NCBI RefSeq assembly: GCF_001194135.2
Contig: NC_069000.1
Location: 20,320,897 to 20,381,304 of the forward strand
Source of the DNA: Octopus bimaculoides
Taxonomy: Eukaryota
Length of the DNA: 60,408 nucleotides
Direction: 5' to 3'
In this document: in pieces, positions 11,941 through 24,200 of the stretch
Numbering within the stretch: the first letter of the stretch is position 1
Layout: the number at the start of each line of letters is the position of its first letter
Position numbers and translations under genes: made by a program
Notes under the pieces: model-generated
Told to the model about the DNA's origin: nothing
What the model saw: the letters and a program-made list of their open reading frames with translations, nothing else
Databases searched by the model: none

Positions 11941-12858
11941 AGAGTATTTATGTATACGCAAACGCACACACACACACACACACACGCAAACACACACACA
12001 AACACACATGCGCGCACACGCAAGCGCGCACACGCAAGCGCGCACACACCCATGCGCATAAATATTTACTAGTACTAATAAGAGACCTATTGAGAGATGC
12101 TGACAACAATGAATATTACAGGGAGGAAATATTTGCTGCAGAATAATATCCTTTTCTTTTGACAAATAAACGCTAGTTTTTATGTGCTCTCCACTGTTGC
12201 TAAACACTCTGTAACAGTGAGTGTTGCGTGAGTTTCGGCCGCCCTGTGCAGTAGCTAGATTGCCTGTTTCTTCCTTACCCGTAACACATCTTTAATATAT
12301 ATTTGTTTCTGAAAGAAAAATAAGGAAGGAATTTAGTCGAAATCAATCAGCAGGTTGCAGAGGAATAAGAAGAACAGTCAAAGAAAGGGTCATAGTGACC
12401 TTTTCTCAAAAAATACAGATTCAATGTAAAGCGAAGTAAAAGGAATTTAACTAGGATGCAGAGTGGTGGCAAGAACTCCGGAGGAGATATTGTTCTTACA
12501 TTAAGCGAAAAGCATACTGTATCAATGGTAATATCCTTGAGACTGTGATAGAAATACTTCGGGAGAGCAAGACAGCAAGAAGAGACTTGATTGCCAATTT
12601 TTGAAACAAAACAACAACCTTACATAGAGGTCATCTTATTGACCTTCAAAGGTTTCGATGAAGATATCAGTATACTAATCTGAAAAATACCCACCAATCG
12701 CAAGCCAAAATTTATTATATAAGTTGTTTACAGCCTATGTGGACCTACTTCTTCAGAGTCCCTTTACTAGTAACAATATCAACAACATAACAAATAGTTG
12801 TGAAGAAAGAGGTTTAGTGATATGTGAGGAACTTCGACAAAACTGTCATGTTAGGGGT

Positions 12859-13065
12859 GTGCCCCCCCCCCCAACATCACTTGACAACCGATGCTGGTGT
12901 GTTTACGTCTCCGTAACTTAGCGGTTCGGCAAAAGAGACCAATAGATTAAGTACTAGGCTTCCAAAGAATAAGTCCTCGGGTCGATTTGCTCGACTAATG
13001 GCGGTACTCCAGCATGGCCACAGTCAAATTACTGAAACAGTTAAAAGATTCAAAGAGTAAAAGAA
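12859..13065 (+). mobile_element. SINE family A, 3' half
   Basis: GTAACTTAGCGGTTCGGCAAAAGAGACC..GCGGTACTCCAGCATGGCCACAGTC..CTGAAAC tail. Confidence 0.8.
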
Positions 13066-13244
13066 TATATATATATATATATATATATANNNNNNNNNNN
13101 NATATATGTATATACCTGTATACATACGCATATATATATATCTATCTATATATATACATACACATACGTATATATATACATACATATATATACACATGTA
13201 TATACGTACACACATGTATATATACATTGTCTTATTGTTTATTT

Positions 13245-13610
13245 TTTTATTTCAGTCATTTTACTGCTGTCATGCTGGAGCACCGCCTTTACTCGAACAA
13301 ATCGACCTCAGGTCTTATTCTTTGTAAGCCTAGTACTTATTCTATCGATCTGTTTTGCTGGACTGCTAAGTTACGTGATGTTGTGGGGGGGACAAACACA
13401 GATACACAGACACACACACACGCACGCACATATATATACATACATATATACGACGGTCTTCTTGCAGTTTCCGTCTACCAAATCCACTCACAAGGCTTCG
13501 GTTGGCCGGAGGCTATAGTAGAAGACACTCGGCCAAGGTGCCACGCAGTGGGACTGAACCCGGAACCATGTGGTTGGTAAGCAAGCTACTTACCGCACAC
13601 AGCCACACAC
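13245..13610 (-). mobile_element. Near full-length tRNA-derived SINE family A with CORE-like motif
   Basis: Minus-strand head GTGGCTGTGTGCGGTAAG (A box) and GGTTCAGTCCC (B box), a CORE-like GCACCTTGGCCGAGTGTCTT segment, an internal CA tract and a CCAGCATG..CTGAAA tail. Confidence 0.85.
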
Positions 13611-14012
13611 ATATAAATATATATACATACTTATACACATACACATATATGCATAAGTGATGCTGCTGCCATTGATAATGATGATGATGAGTCTTCCGTC
13701 GATCCTGATGGGCACTGAATGGTTGGATGAAACTGCGCTTTAAATTAACGTGTTTAGCTGTTCGGTTTACCACAAACACATGTAAATTTAATTTAGTTTT
13801 CTACTGAAGTTTCTGATTACAACGAGACGAGGCTAGAAAAGTGAAATACAAACCAAATTTCGAAGACAAGAATTGAATTGATCCGAGGATGTGGTAAAAC
13901 ATACTTGCCTACGAAACCACGCAATGGGATCAAACCTGAGATCTCTAGATTGTGAAGCGAAAATAATGACCTCACATACATACATACATATATACATACA
14001 TACATACATTCA

Positions 14013-14399
14013 TTGTTGTTGTTGGCACTCCGTCGCTTACGACGTCGAGGGTTCCAGTTGATCCGATCAACGGAACAGCTCGCTCGTGAAATTAACGTGC
14101 AAGTGGCTGAGCACTCCACAGACACGTGTACCCTTAACGTAGTTCTCGGGGATATTCAGCGTGACACAGTGTGACAAGGCTGGCTCTTTGAATTACAGGC
14201 ACAACAGAAACAGGAAGAAACAGTGAGAGAAAGTTGTGGTGAAAGAGTACAGCAGGGTTCCCCACCATACCCTGACGGAGCCTCGTGGAGCTTTAGGTGT
14301 TTTCGCTCAATAAACACTCACAACGCGCGGTCTGGGAATCGAAACCGCGATCTTATGACCGCGAGTCCGCTGCCCTAACCACTGGGTCATTGCGCCTCC
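14013..14399 (-). mobile_element. Well-preserved tRNA-derived SINE (family C) with (CAA)n tail, inside a (TACA)n array
   Basis: Head GGAGGCGCAATGACCCAGTGGTTAGGGCAGCGGACTCGCGG..GGTTTCGATTCCCAG (A and B boxes). The 5' part recurs at 58382-58506. Confidence 0.9.
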
Positions 14400-15637
14400 A
14401 ATACATACATACATACATACATAAGGTGAATATATATATAACAAAAAGAGAAATAGAGAAAACGATTGCGAATCTACGAGAAAACACAGAAAGAGACAAG
14501 GTAGGAAATCAAAAATGAATTTCCAAGCTTTACTATGGCATTGTACATCATGGAGACGATAAAGTTCTGAAAGGTGAGAAACATCAATGTCTACATGGCT
14601 TCTATGTCACACAGAAGAGAATATTTATTTTAAAAAAAATATGCGAAAGAAACAATGTATATGTATTTACGACTGAAACGTAGAGAGATGTGTTATTTGT
14701 TTAATGTAACTATGTATATAGACACATTAAATATAAATATGGTAGCTTTATTGTTCATGAACATTGTTTGATGTTGCAAATGTCTATTGAAAGTTATCCA
14801 CTGACACATGTTTAATATGTTGTATAGGACGAGACAATGAAAGAGAGCTTCTGAACAGTCGTTCGACATGCTAAACAACGACCAAATATCCCTCAAATCA
14901 CACCTAACCCACTTGTGAAAACAAAGAGCTCGTTCGATAATATAGGTCAATATACAACATGTTTATTTTCAGTGGATGCCACACTGTTGCAAACTTGCAG
15001 GCCAGGTCTCCAATCTATAGGTAACATGCTCCCTTCTTCCCGTCAATATTGGGGATTTAAGAGTTTCCTCTTCTAAGCCATTAAAGAAAAACAATATCCG
15101 CTGGACAGTTAGGGAGGTGAATTATTTTACCTGTGGTACTTGCTTACAACTATGTGGGCCTTGCTATTCTGCGACAGTTAACGGTGATTTGCATTCACCC
15201 TAGTACCCAATCACGACTATGTGATCTGAGCCGTTATTGTGAGGACAACCATTGGAAGGTAAAAACTAGAGACATGGTACAAACTAACTACGCTTTATCG
15301 ACTTTACCATCCACATTTCATGTAAACACAGCAGAAATTCATTTTTCTGCCTTGGTCTCCTCTCTCTCTCTCTCTCTATCTCTATCTCTCTGTCTCTGAA
15401 CTCTCCGTACTTCTTTTCCTCGTCTATGTACCTGTCTCTATCTCCCTCCTTCTCATTTCTCTGTAACTCCTCTATACATCTCTAGTCTTCTCTCTGTCTT
15501 CATACTTCGAACATGTTCACTTTTATCATTCTTACTCTTTCAATATTTCCAGTTCTGGTTTAATAGGCTTATAGTTTCAGAGTGTTCTCTAGCATCGACT
15601 AAAGGTTTATTGCAAACTTAGAAATGACAAAACAACT

Positions 15638-15668
<31 letters not shown>

Positions 15669-15852
15669 CGACTACAACGAAACAACAACCCTAGCAACAA
15701 CAAGTACCGCAGAAACTGCTGCAACAATAACAGCAGCAGTAAAAAATAACAATAAATAAAAACTCTAAAATAACGATGAAAATCCAGGGTTTCGTTCTGT
15801 TATGTGATATTAGTTTCTTATTTAGACATGTACGTGAGTGTTGTGTCATGAG

Positions 15853-15990
15853 AGGCAGGCGTGGCTATGTGGTAAGAATTTTGCTTCTGATTTCAGTCTC
15901 ACAGCGTGGTATCTTGGAAAACTGTCTTCGACTATACCCCAGCCAGCCGAAGTAGTGTGGGTGGATTTGGTAGACAGAAACTGAAAGTGT
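15853..15990 (+). mobile_element. SINE family A, 5' part
   Basis: GGCGTGGCTATGTGGTAAGAA..GCGTGGTATCTTGG..GTGGATTTGGTAGACAGAAACTGAAAG. Confidence 0.7.
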
Positions 15991-16627
15991 GTGTGTGTGT
16001 CTTTNNNNNNNNNNNNNNNNNNNNNNNNNNNNNNNNNNNNNNNNNNNNNNNNNNNNNNNNNNNNNNNNNNNNNNNNNNNNNNNNNNNNNNNNNNNNNNNN
16101 NNNNNNNNNNNNNNNNNNNNNNNNNNNNNNNNNNNNNNNNNNNNNNNNNNNNNNNNNNNNNNNNNNNNNNNNNNNNNNNNNNNNNNNNNNNNNNNNNNNN
16201 NNNNNNNNNNNNNNNNNNNNNNNNNNNNNNNNNNNNNNNNNNNNNNNNNNNNNNNNNNNNNNNNNNNNNNNNNNNNNNNNNNNNNNNNNNNNNNNNNNNN
16301 NNNNNNNNNNNNNNNNNNNNNNNNNNNNNNNNNNNNNNNNNNNNNNNNNNNNNNNNNNNNNNNNNNNNNNNNNNNNNNNNNNNNNNNNNNNNNNNNNNNN
16401 NNNNNNNNNNNNNNNNNNNNNNNNNNNNNNNNNNNNNNNNNNNNNNNNNNNNNNNNNNNNNNNNNNNNNNNNNNNNNNNNNNNNNNNNNNNNNNNNNNNN
16501 NNNNNNNNNNNNNNNNNNNNNNNNNNNNNNNNNNNNNNNNNNNNNNNNNNNNNNNNNNNNNNNNNNNNNNNNNNNNNNNNNNNNNNNNNNNNNNNNNNNN
16601 NNNNNNNNNNNNNNNNNNNNNNNNNNN

Positions 16628-16674
<47 letters not shown>

Positions 16675-16824
16675 CATTTTATATCTAAATACACAGATAG
16701 ATAGACAAAAAGATAGATAGATAATTAGATGAATAGCTAGATAGATATACATGAATACGCATATAATTATACATGTATATAAATATGTGTGTGTGTTATA
16801 AACGTTAACATTCGACTACATCCA

Positions 16825-16988
16825 GTGATACTGAATGTGACTACGCTGGTCCTTTGCCAACTCGGTGGACTGAAGCAACGTGAAATAAAGTCCCTTACTC
16901 AAAGACACCACGTCCCGCCAGGTATACAACTCACGGCATTACGATCCTGAACAGAACACCTTTACCACTGAGCCACGCGCCATCACCG
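16825..16988 (-). mobile_element. tRNA-derived SINE family D, 5' part
   Basis: Head GGCGCGTGGCTCAGTGGTAAAGG and central TTTCACGTTGCTTCAGTCCAC, shared with 32400-32650. Confidence 0.65.
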
Positions 16989-17004
16989 TGTATATAGACA
17001 TAAA

Positions 17005-17330
17005 TAGGTTCTGGGTAAGAAATTTGCTTCCTAACCAAATGGTTATGGGTTTAGTCCCACTGCCTCGCATCTTGAGTAAGTATCTTGCGATAGTCTTAGA
17101 CCGACCAAAGACTTGCAAATGGATTTGGTGGACGGAAATTGTGAGAAGCTTGTCGTTTATGCATATATCTATATGTTTTTTGTGCTAGTGTTTGTCTTGT
17201 ATCATCGCTTCTTTATGTCTCTGTATGTCTTTGTAACGCAGCAGTTCGACAAAAAAGAACGTTAGAATAAGTACCAGCTTTTTAAAAAATAAGTACTTGG
17301 GTCCATTTGCTGGATTGAAACCCTTCATCC
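17005..17330 (+). mobile_element. Degenerate SINE family A
   Basis: GGTAAGAAATTTGCTTCCTAACCA..TTTAGTCCCACTGC..GACCGACCAAAG..GGATTTGGTGGACGGAAA..AGAATAAGTACC. Confidence 0.6.
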
Positions 17331-17575
17331 TGTACCTGCGTTCCAATGTCGGACACAAATTCAAGATGAAAGATACACATCTACCAACAAATACATGCGT
17401 GGGTGTGTGTATATATACATAAGGAGAGAGAGAAAGAGACAGAGACAGAGAAAGGAAAAAGGGGAGAGAGATGCTTATATTAGTGTATATACATATATGT
17501 GATTATATATATATATAACTATGTTCAACGATACATTATTTACATTTGACGGATATTTGTCCTCATCTTGTTTGT

Positions 17576-17626
17576 TGTTAACACAACGTTTCGGTTGATA
17601 TACCCTCCAGCTTTCATTAGATGTCT
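17576..17626 (-). ncRNA. Degenerate hammerhead motif (inverted partner copy)
   Basis: Minus strand GACAT-CTAATGA-A-AGCTG(GAGGGTATAT)CAACC-GAAAC-GTT-GTGTT, with a core G5 to A substitution. Confidence 0.55.
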
Positions 17627-17660
17627 TGGAGAAATTTCTAGCCTGGGTTCTCATTCCTAA

Positions 17661-17705
17661 GGCACCTGATGAAGCTGGAGGGTATATCAGGCGAAACGTT
17701 GTGTT
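17661..17705 (+). ncRNA. Minimal type-I hammerhead ribozyme motif
   Basis: GGCAC-CTGATGA-A-GCTG(GAGGGTATAT)CAGGC-GAAAC-GTT-GTGTT: intact core boxes, stem I GGCAC/GTGTT, palindromic AACGTT stem III, imperfect stem II. Confidence 0.7.
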
Positions 17706-18082
17706 AACAACAAAGATGAGGACAAATATCCGTCAAATGTAAATAATGTAAATAATGTAAATAATGTACATAATTCCCCATCTCTTAAATATAGAACTCT
17801 ATGTTCAATGATGCCTAAATGAGAGGGTCAACCTACATCTTGTGGTATTATTTCTCTCTGAACTAAATTTTAATCACCTAAAGAAAACGATATTTTCAGG
17901 TATAATCGAACTATTCATCAATAAAAAATGCGTCTATAATGTAGCTTTAACCCATTCGTTTCTTATTTTATGACTAATAAAGTCATACGGTTACATACAT
18001 AAATACATATAACTGGACATATATGTATATAAATACCAATACATACACATGTGTGTGTATGTATGTGTGTGTGTGTATGTGA

Positions 18083-18138
<56 letters not shown>

Positions 18139-18314
18139 NNNNNNNNNNNNNNNNNNNNNNNNNNNNNNNNNNNNNNNNNNNNNNNNNNNNNNNNNNNNNN
18201 NNNNNNNNNNNNNNNNNNNNNNNNNNNNNNNNNNNNNNNNNNNNNNNNNNNNNNNNNNNNNNNNNNNNNNNNNNNNNNNNNNNNNNNNNNNNNNNNNNNN
18301 NNNNNNNNNNNNNN

Positions 18315-18384
<70 letters not shown>

Positions 18385-18419
18385 TCATTTTTATTCATGT
18401 TATACATCATGAGAATGCA

Positions 18420-19589
18420 AAAATTATTTGCACTCCCACCAAAACTTGGTTGGCAGCGCTTGTCTTTAGTGCTTGCATGCTAAAGGCTAATACTCGTATA
18501 GTTAGTGAATATAGTTGCTCTGCTGGCAGTGTTTACCAAAGAAGAACAGAGATCAGAGATCCAATTTCTCGAATCTGAAGGTGTATCAGAAGCTGGATTC
18601 ATCACAGGTTTTCAGTACAGTGCGGGGACAACGCTTTACCGCGTAGAAGTGTGCATTGGTTGATTGAGAAGTTTTAAAATGGTCAGAGAAACGTGAAGCA
18701 CGAAGAGGGAGCAGGACCTTCAACCTCCATCATTGACGTAAAGATTCAAAAAGCTCGGGAGATGGTTCTGGTTAACCGACAAGGGACATCGATGAGGTGG
18801 CATGTTCTCTGTAAACTAGTCATGGTGCTGCATACGAAATCACCCACCTCAAGCTTTGCTTCCGTAAAGTTTGTGCGGGATTAGTGCCAAGAATGTTTAA
18901 TGGAGAGCATAAGCACAATCGTGTAGTGATCTGTCAACGTTTCCGCGACTTCCTTGGTCTGTCACTTTTAGCTAGAGGCAGCGTATGGAAGTGGAATCAC
19001 TAAGAATCACAGCGAAAAAGTAATTCGAGACACAACCTTCCGCAGAAAAAGTGATGATAACTACTTTTCGGGACGCAAAAGGACGTATGCTGGAACATTA
19101 CAAGAAGGGTTACTCCCGATAACAATGTCGGCTACAGCGAAATGGTGGTCAACAAACTGAGACCAGTAATTCGCATGAAATGCTGAGGTTTGTAGTCAAA
19201 GAAGGTAACTGTTGCACGACAATGCACGCTCACTTACGGTCGCTCACACCGTTTACATCATAGAAAAATTTCATTTCAAGCTCTTGGAACACCCTGCATA
19301 CATTTCACATCTCGCGCCTTCTGGTTATCACTTCTGTGGACCGCTGAAACATCCTTTTCGAGGTCGTCGATTTGCTACGGACGAAGAAGCGCAGGCAGCT
19401 GTGCATTGATTGCTGCGTGATTAGCCGAAAACCTTCTCCAATGGAATAAACAAGCCTGTCGACAACTGTAAGAAGTGAATTGAAAAGCAAGGAGACTATG
19501 TCGAAAAAACAACGTAATTGTCCAACTCCTGCTTTTATTTTAATAAATTACAGAAACAAGTGTGCGTGCAATTTTCTATGTACCCTCGT
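18420..19589 (+). mobile_element. Degenerate mariner (D,D34D) transposon
   Basis: TKEEQRS..., VTIDEVACSL, RKVCAGLVPR, LLHDNARS, LEHPAYISHLAPSGYHFCGPLK, EKQGDYVEK. The 3' terminus CCCTCGT is the reverse complement of a TACGAGGG-type TIR. Multiple stops and frameshifts. Confidence 0.93.
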
Positions 19590-19666
<77 letters not shown>

Positions 19667-20745
19667 TGTGAATGTGTGAATGTGTGTGTGTAAATGTATG
19701 TATGTATGTATGTATGCATGTATGTATGCATGCATGTATGTATGTATGTATGTATGTATGTATAGAACACTTAGAAAACTGAAGTTTAACCAATGTATAC
19801 CGACTGAAATGATTAATTGGTTAGAGGAATCATGTACGATTTAGCCATTGTAGTTTATTTCAGTTGTGTAGACATCCAAGAGAGGGGTGTACTATATGAA
19901 GATGACATCATATATTGAAGTGTCGTAATATTATCAATAGCAATACTCGCTATTTTCTCACCGAAAGCTCAACTAATTAAAGTGTTTATGTCTTCTTGCT
20001 TAGGTATTATGTTTTTAACATAATGAATGTGAAGAAACTAGATAATTGACGCTATTTCCTGCAGACATTAGACCAAGGAAATGAAGAACGGATTGTCAAT
20101 GGAATTGGATTCTGAGATGACTAATTAAAATATTCTGGTAACATTTCCCACAATAGTTCATTAGCGGACAACAAAGATGGCAATTAAATGAAATCTAAGC
20201 AGCCGTCTTGATTTGAGCTAAACTTCAACAATTTCTTGTTAACAAATAACAAATAGGTGGGAAAAGTGAAATCTCAGACAGTCAATAGTGATTGAACTAT
20301 AACATTTTATTTGTCACCTATCAGCAGCAGCTAGAGATGTTTCTTTGGCATGGTGTTAACACTTAAATATAAGCTGATATCTCCATTGTAATTCGTTTGC
20401 AACTTCATGCATTCAGATCTAGACATTCAACCACCCGTTTGTTCCATCTCTCTTGCGCTCCCTCCCTTTTTCTCACCGTCTTCCTCTTTTCTCACTCCTT
20501 TCCCTTCTGCAACGAGTTATGGACATGTATCTATATGAAACAGTCTTTCATTTCTATCTCTCCAACACCCTCTCTTCTAATAACCTTTGCTATTTCTGTC
20601 ATCAGGAACATTCTTTCACTCTCAGCCACGCATTAAAACCTGTCTCTCTCCACCATGTCTATGGTTTTACTTCATCCTTGCTAGTTTTATTATCCTTTCT
20701 CTGTCCCTGGTTTTCTCTCTCCTTGTATATACATACATACATACA

Positions 20746-20777
<32 letters not shown>

Positions 20778-21095
20778 GACGCACACATACATACACGTAC
20801 ACACATATATGTCTTGGGTCACTCTGGGCACACGCTCTCAGCTTGTGTGATACCATGGTGAGCGATAAGGTAATGATATATTTGGCTGCTTGCTAAATTG
20901 CTAAACAACTTCCCAAGTGAGATTGTCAGAAGTGGTTAGTGAACTCTGAACGCAAAAATGCTGAAACATATTTTCTCCAATTCACTACGCAGAAGATATA
21001 CATACGTGAAAAACTTTACTTATTTCTCCGTTTATTGAAAAAAATAAATAAATAAATGAATATAATGAAGTTTTAATCGATTTTCGAACCTTATA

Positions 21096-21255
21096 CACGA
21101 GGGTTTCTTCGTAGTTTCCGTCTACGAAATTCGTTCACAAAGCATTGATCGACTTGAGGAAATAGAAAACGCAATTTGTCAAGGGTGCCAAGCAGTGGGA
21201 TTGAAACCAGAACCACGTCGTTGTCAAATAAGCTTCTTAACTACAAGGCATACCT
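21096..21255 (-). mobile_element. Degenerate SINE family A, 5' part
   Basis: GTTTCCGTCTACGAAATTC..CAAGGGTGCCAAGCAGTGGGATTGAAACCAGAACCAC. Confidence 0.6.
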
Positions 21256-21514
21256 ACGTTTATATGTATATACATTTATAATATCAATCCATCTATTTAT
21301 TCATGTATTTTGATCTAGCTACTCCAGCTTGTCTCCTAACCTGGTGGAATAGACGAATCACACACCACACTGTTTCTTCAAACCGTCTTCAGTCCTTTCT
21401 CAATCCCAATCGCAACCAATGTTCCCATCATTCTGCCGTCGTCAGTTCATTTGGATAATGCCTGATCAAGCCAACACAATTTACATCTTCGTCTCTCCCC
21501 CACAAAACAACCCC

Positions 21515-21841
21515 AGCGATCTTTCGATACCAGTCCGAAATATCGGCCTTTTCCGTAGAAAGTGTTGGAGAGAAAGAGGGAAGCGACGTCGTAAAAGCGA
21601 AAGAGATACAGAGAGCGCGATTTCTTGTGAAGGGTTTAGGGCTAGGGTTAGAGTTACGGTTAGGGTTAGGGTTTGAAGGGTTTAGGGTTAAGGTTTAGAT
21701 TACGGTTAGGGTTTTAGGGTCTGGGTTAGGGAATTCCGTCCCTAACCGTAACTGTAACCCTAACCCTAAACACTAACTCTAGCCCTAAGCCTAATCCTAA
21801 AACTAACCCTAAAACCTACGGACTGGTATCGAAAGATCGCC
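21515..21841. mobile_element. 327-bp MITE (Merlin-like) containing inverted telomere-like arrays
   Basis: TIR (A/G)GCGATCTTTCGATACCAGTCCG at 21515-21537 and 21819-21841 (22/23 match). Perfect 9-bp TSD AACAACCCC at 21506-21514 and 21842-21850. Confidence 0.9.
21631..21816. repeat. Head-to-head degenerate (TTAGGG)n / (CCCTAA)n arrays
   Basis: G-rich arm 21631-21731 (7 exact TTAGGG plus variants), spacer AATTCCGT, C-rich arm 21740-21816 (5 exact CCCTAA plus variants). Confidence 0.95.
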
Positions 21842-24200
21842 AACAACCCCTTCTAGCCCGAACTATTTCCTTTTTCAAATCAGCTTCCCCAATTTTTGTT
21901 GAGTAAGCCTTTGTAGCAAATGTCATTCGCGTGTAACTCTCCTCTAGCTGAGGGATTGATATCACACTCCACATCGTTTGCACAAATAAAATTCTCAATA
22001 TGTAAATCTCTAATTGAATCAATTGCAGCTGCAATGCCTTGCAGCTTACTTAGGCCATCTATATCTGCCTTCAGCTGATTGGAACTTGTTTATCTACCAC
22101 CGAAAGTCAAGCAAGACAACTCTTACCCACACAGACTTTAGGTTTCACTTCACAACTAGATTGCAGCTGGTTTCATTGATCCTTTTTATATTTTATTTAT
22201 TGTTAGTTATTTATTTAATACATACATACATACATACATACACACACGCACACACACACACACACATACACGCACATATATATATATATATATATGTTAT
22301 ATATATAAATGCAGGAGTGGTTGTGTTGTAAAAAGCTTGCTTCCCAACCACNNNNNNNNNNNNNNNNNNNNNNNNNNNNNNNNNNNNNNNNNNNNNNNNN
22401 NNNNNNNNNNNNNNNNNNNNNNNNNNNNNNNNNNNNNNNNNNNNNNNNNNNNNNNNNNNNNNNNNNNNNNNNNNNNNNNNNNNNNNNNNNNNNNNNNNNN
22501 NNNNNNNNNNNNNNNNNNNNNNNNNNNNNNNNNNNNNNNNNNNNNNNNNNNNNNNNNNNNNNNNNNNNNNNNNNNNNNNNNNNNNNNNNNNNNNNNNNNN
22601 NNNNNNNNNNNNNNNNNNNNNNNNNNNNNNNNNNNNNNNNNNNNNNNNNNNNNNNNNNNNNNNNNNNNNNNNNNNNNNNNNNNNNNNNNNNNNNNNNNNN
22701 NNNNNNNNNNNNNNNNNNNNNNNNNNNNNNNNNNNNNNNNNNNNNNNNNNNNNNNNNNNNNNNNNNNNNNNNNNNNNNNNNNNNNNNNNNNNNNNNNNNN
22801 NNNNNNNNNNNNNNNNNNNNNNNNNNNNNNNNNNNNNNNNNNNNNNNNNNNNNNNNNNNNNNNNNNNNNNNNNNNNNNNNNNNNNNNNNNNNNNNNNNNN
22901 NNNNNNNNNNNNNNNNNNNNNNNNNNNNNNNNNNNNNNNNNNNNNNNNNNNNNNNNNNNNNNNNNNNNNNNNNNNNNNNNNNNNNNNNNNNNNNNNNNNN
23001 NNNNNNNNNNNNNNNNNNNNNNNNNNNNNNNNNNNNNNNNNNNNNNNNNNNNNNNNNNNNNNNNNNNNCCCCCACACACTCAGACACACATGCACATACA
23101 CACTCACACACTCACACGTTTCATAAAATCTCTTTCTCGTCTTCATCATGCTGCTCCAATTCGTACACTTTATTCGAAGTGTAGAAATGCGTAGTGTGGC
23201 CCACGATGAAACAAATGTGCAAAGACTGCAGTTATGTTTCACTACTAGTAATTAGATCGAGGTACATACATGAGGCAGCGCGGTCATTTCACATGCTGTA
23301 ATATACAGGCAAACCTTCCTTCAATCACACCTTATCGTGTTACAAAAAAAGGAAGGAAAATAATTTTGCGCACAATATATCGGAAAAATATATGAGAAAG
23401 TCACGGCTCAAATTCCTCTAATCACTTAGTTTTGCCCAGTAGCCAAACAACGACAACAACAACAGAGTACGTGACGTAGATTAGTTCAATCAAAGCGCAT
23501 AAAAGTTATTCGACAATAAAGTGAACGGATTGCCAGATTCGTTAGAATGTAGGACAAAAATGCTTGGCGTTATTTGCATCACCACTCAATGCTCTCAGTT
23601 GAAATCAGTTTTGTAGTTCATCATCTTGGGGTCAATGGAATAAAGCTCATGTCCAGTAGGGTGTTATAGCGCCTGATGCCTTCCAGTATTCGTTCCGTTT
23701 CTTTCTACCATGTTTCATGGGTAGCAGGCTTAATACATGTTCCGGTTCTACTTCATCACGTGTGTCTAGAATGTCTTTAGTAGAGAGTTCTATCTGTTGT
23801 TAACATTCGGAGCAGAGTCTCTATTTTGAAGAAAACTTCCTCCCATCCTTCCACTAGAGCAGGAGAGACTGAAAAAATAAGAATCATAAGCGTTGCTATG
23901 CCCTCTCTGAATAATCAGTGGAAAAGATTTGAATTTAAAAAAAATTTACTCCGACATTTCCAACTCAACAGTGGAGCCAGTCCTTGTGGTAACTCGCCGT
24001 CATTTGCCTCAAATAATACAACACATAGCAATCACTTATTATTCGTTCCATGAGGTCCGTAACAGCAATATACAAAGAAATAATTTTCGATTACTGTTTG
24101 TAACAAGATTTTAATTTATTTGCTGTCTTTGGTTTAGTAAGTGTTATTTCCTATTTGATTTTATCTAGAAATCAAATGAAATTATTGCTATTCCCTTAAA

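Larger units (their letters stand above)
17533..17788. mobile_element. Palindromic non-autonomous Penelope-like (inverted pLTR) insertion with 14-bp TSD
   Basis: Arms ~17532-17626 and ~17661-17750 are reverse complements. Flanking direct repeat CTATGTTCAA(C/T)GAT at 17519-17532 and 17789-17802. Confidence 0.8.

Noticed and set aside
12400-12720. Possible LINE RT remnant (INGNILETV)
   Set aside because: A single weak motif is insufficient.
21631-21816. Ancestral chromosome end-to-end fusion site
   Set aside because: The arrays are enclosed by TIRs and a perfect 9-bp TSD, so they arrived as part of an insertion.
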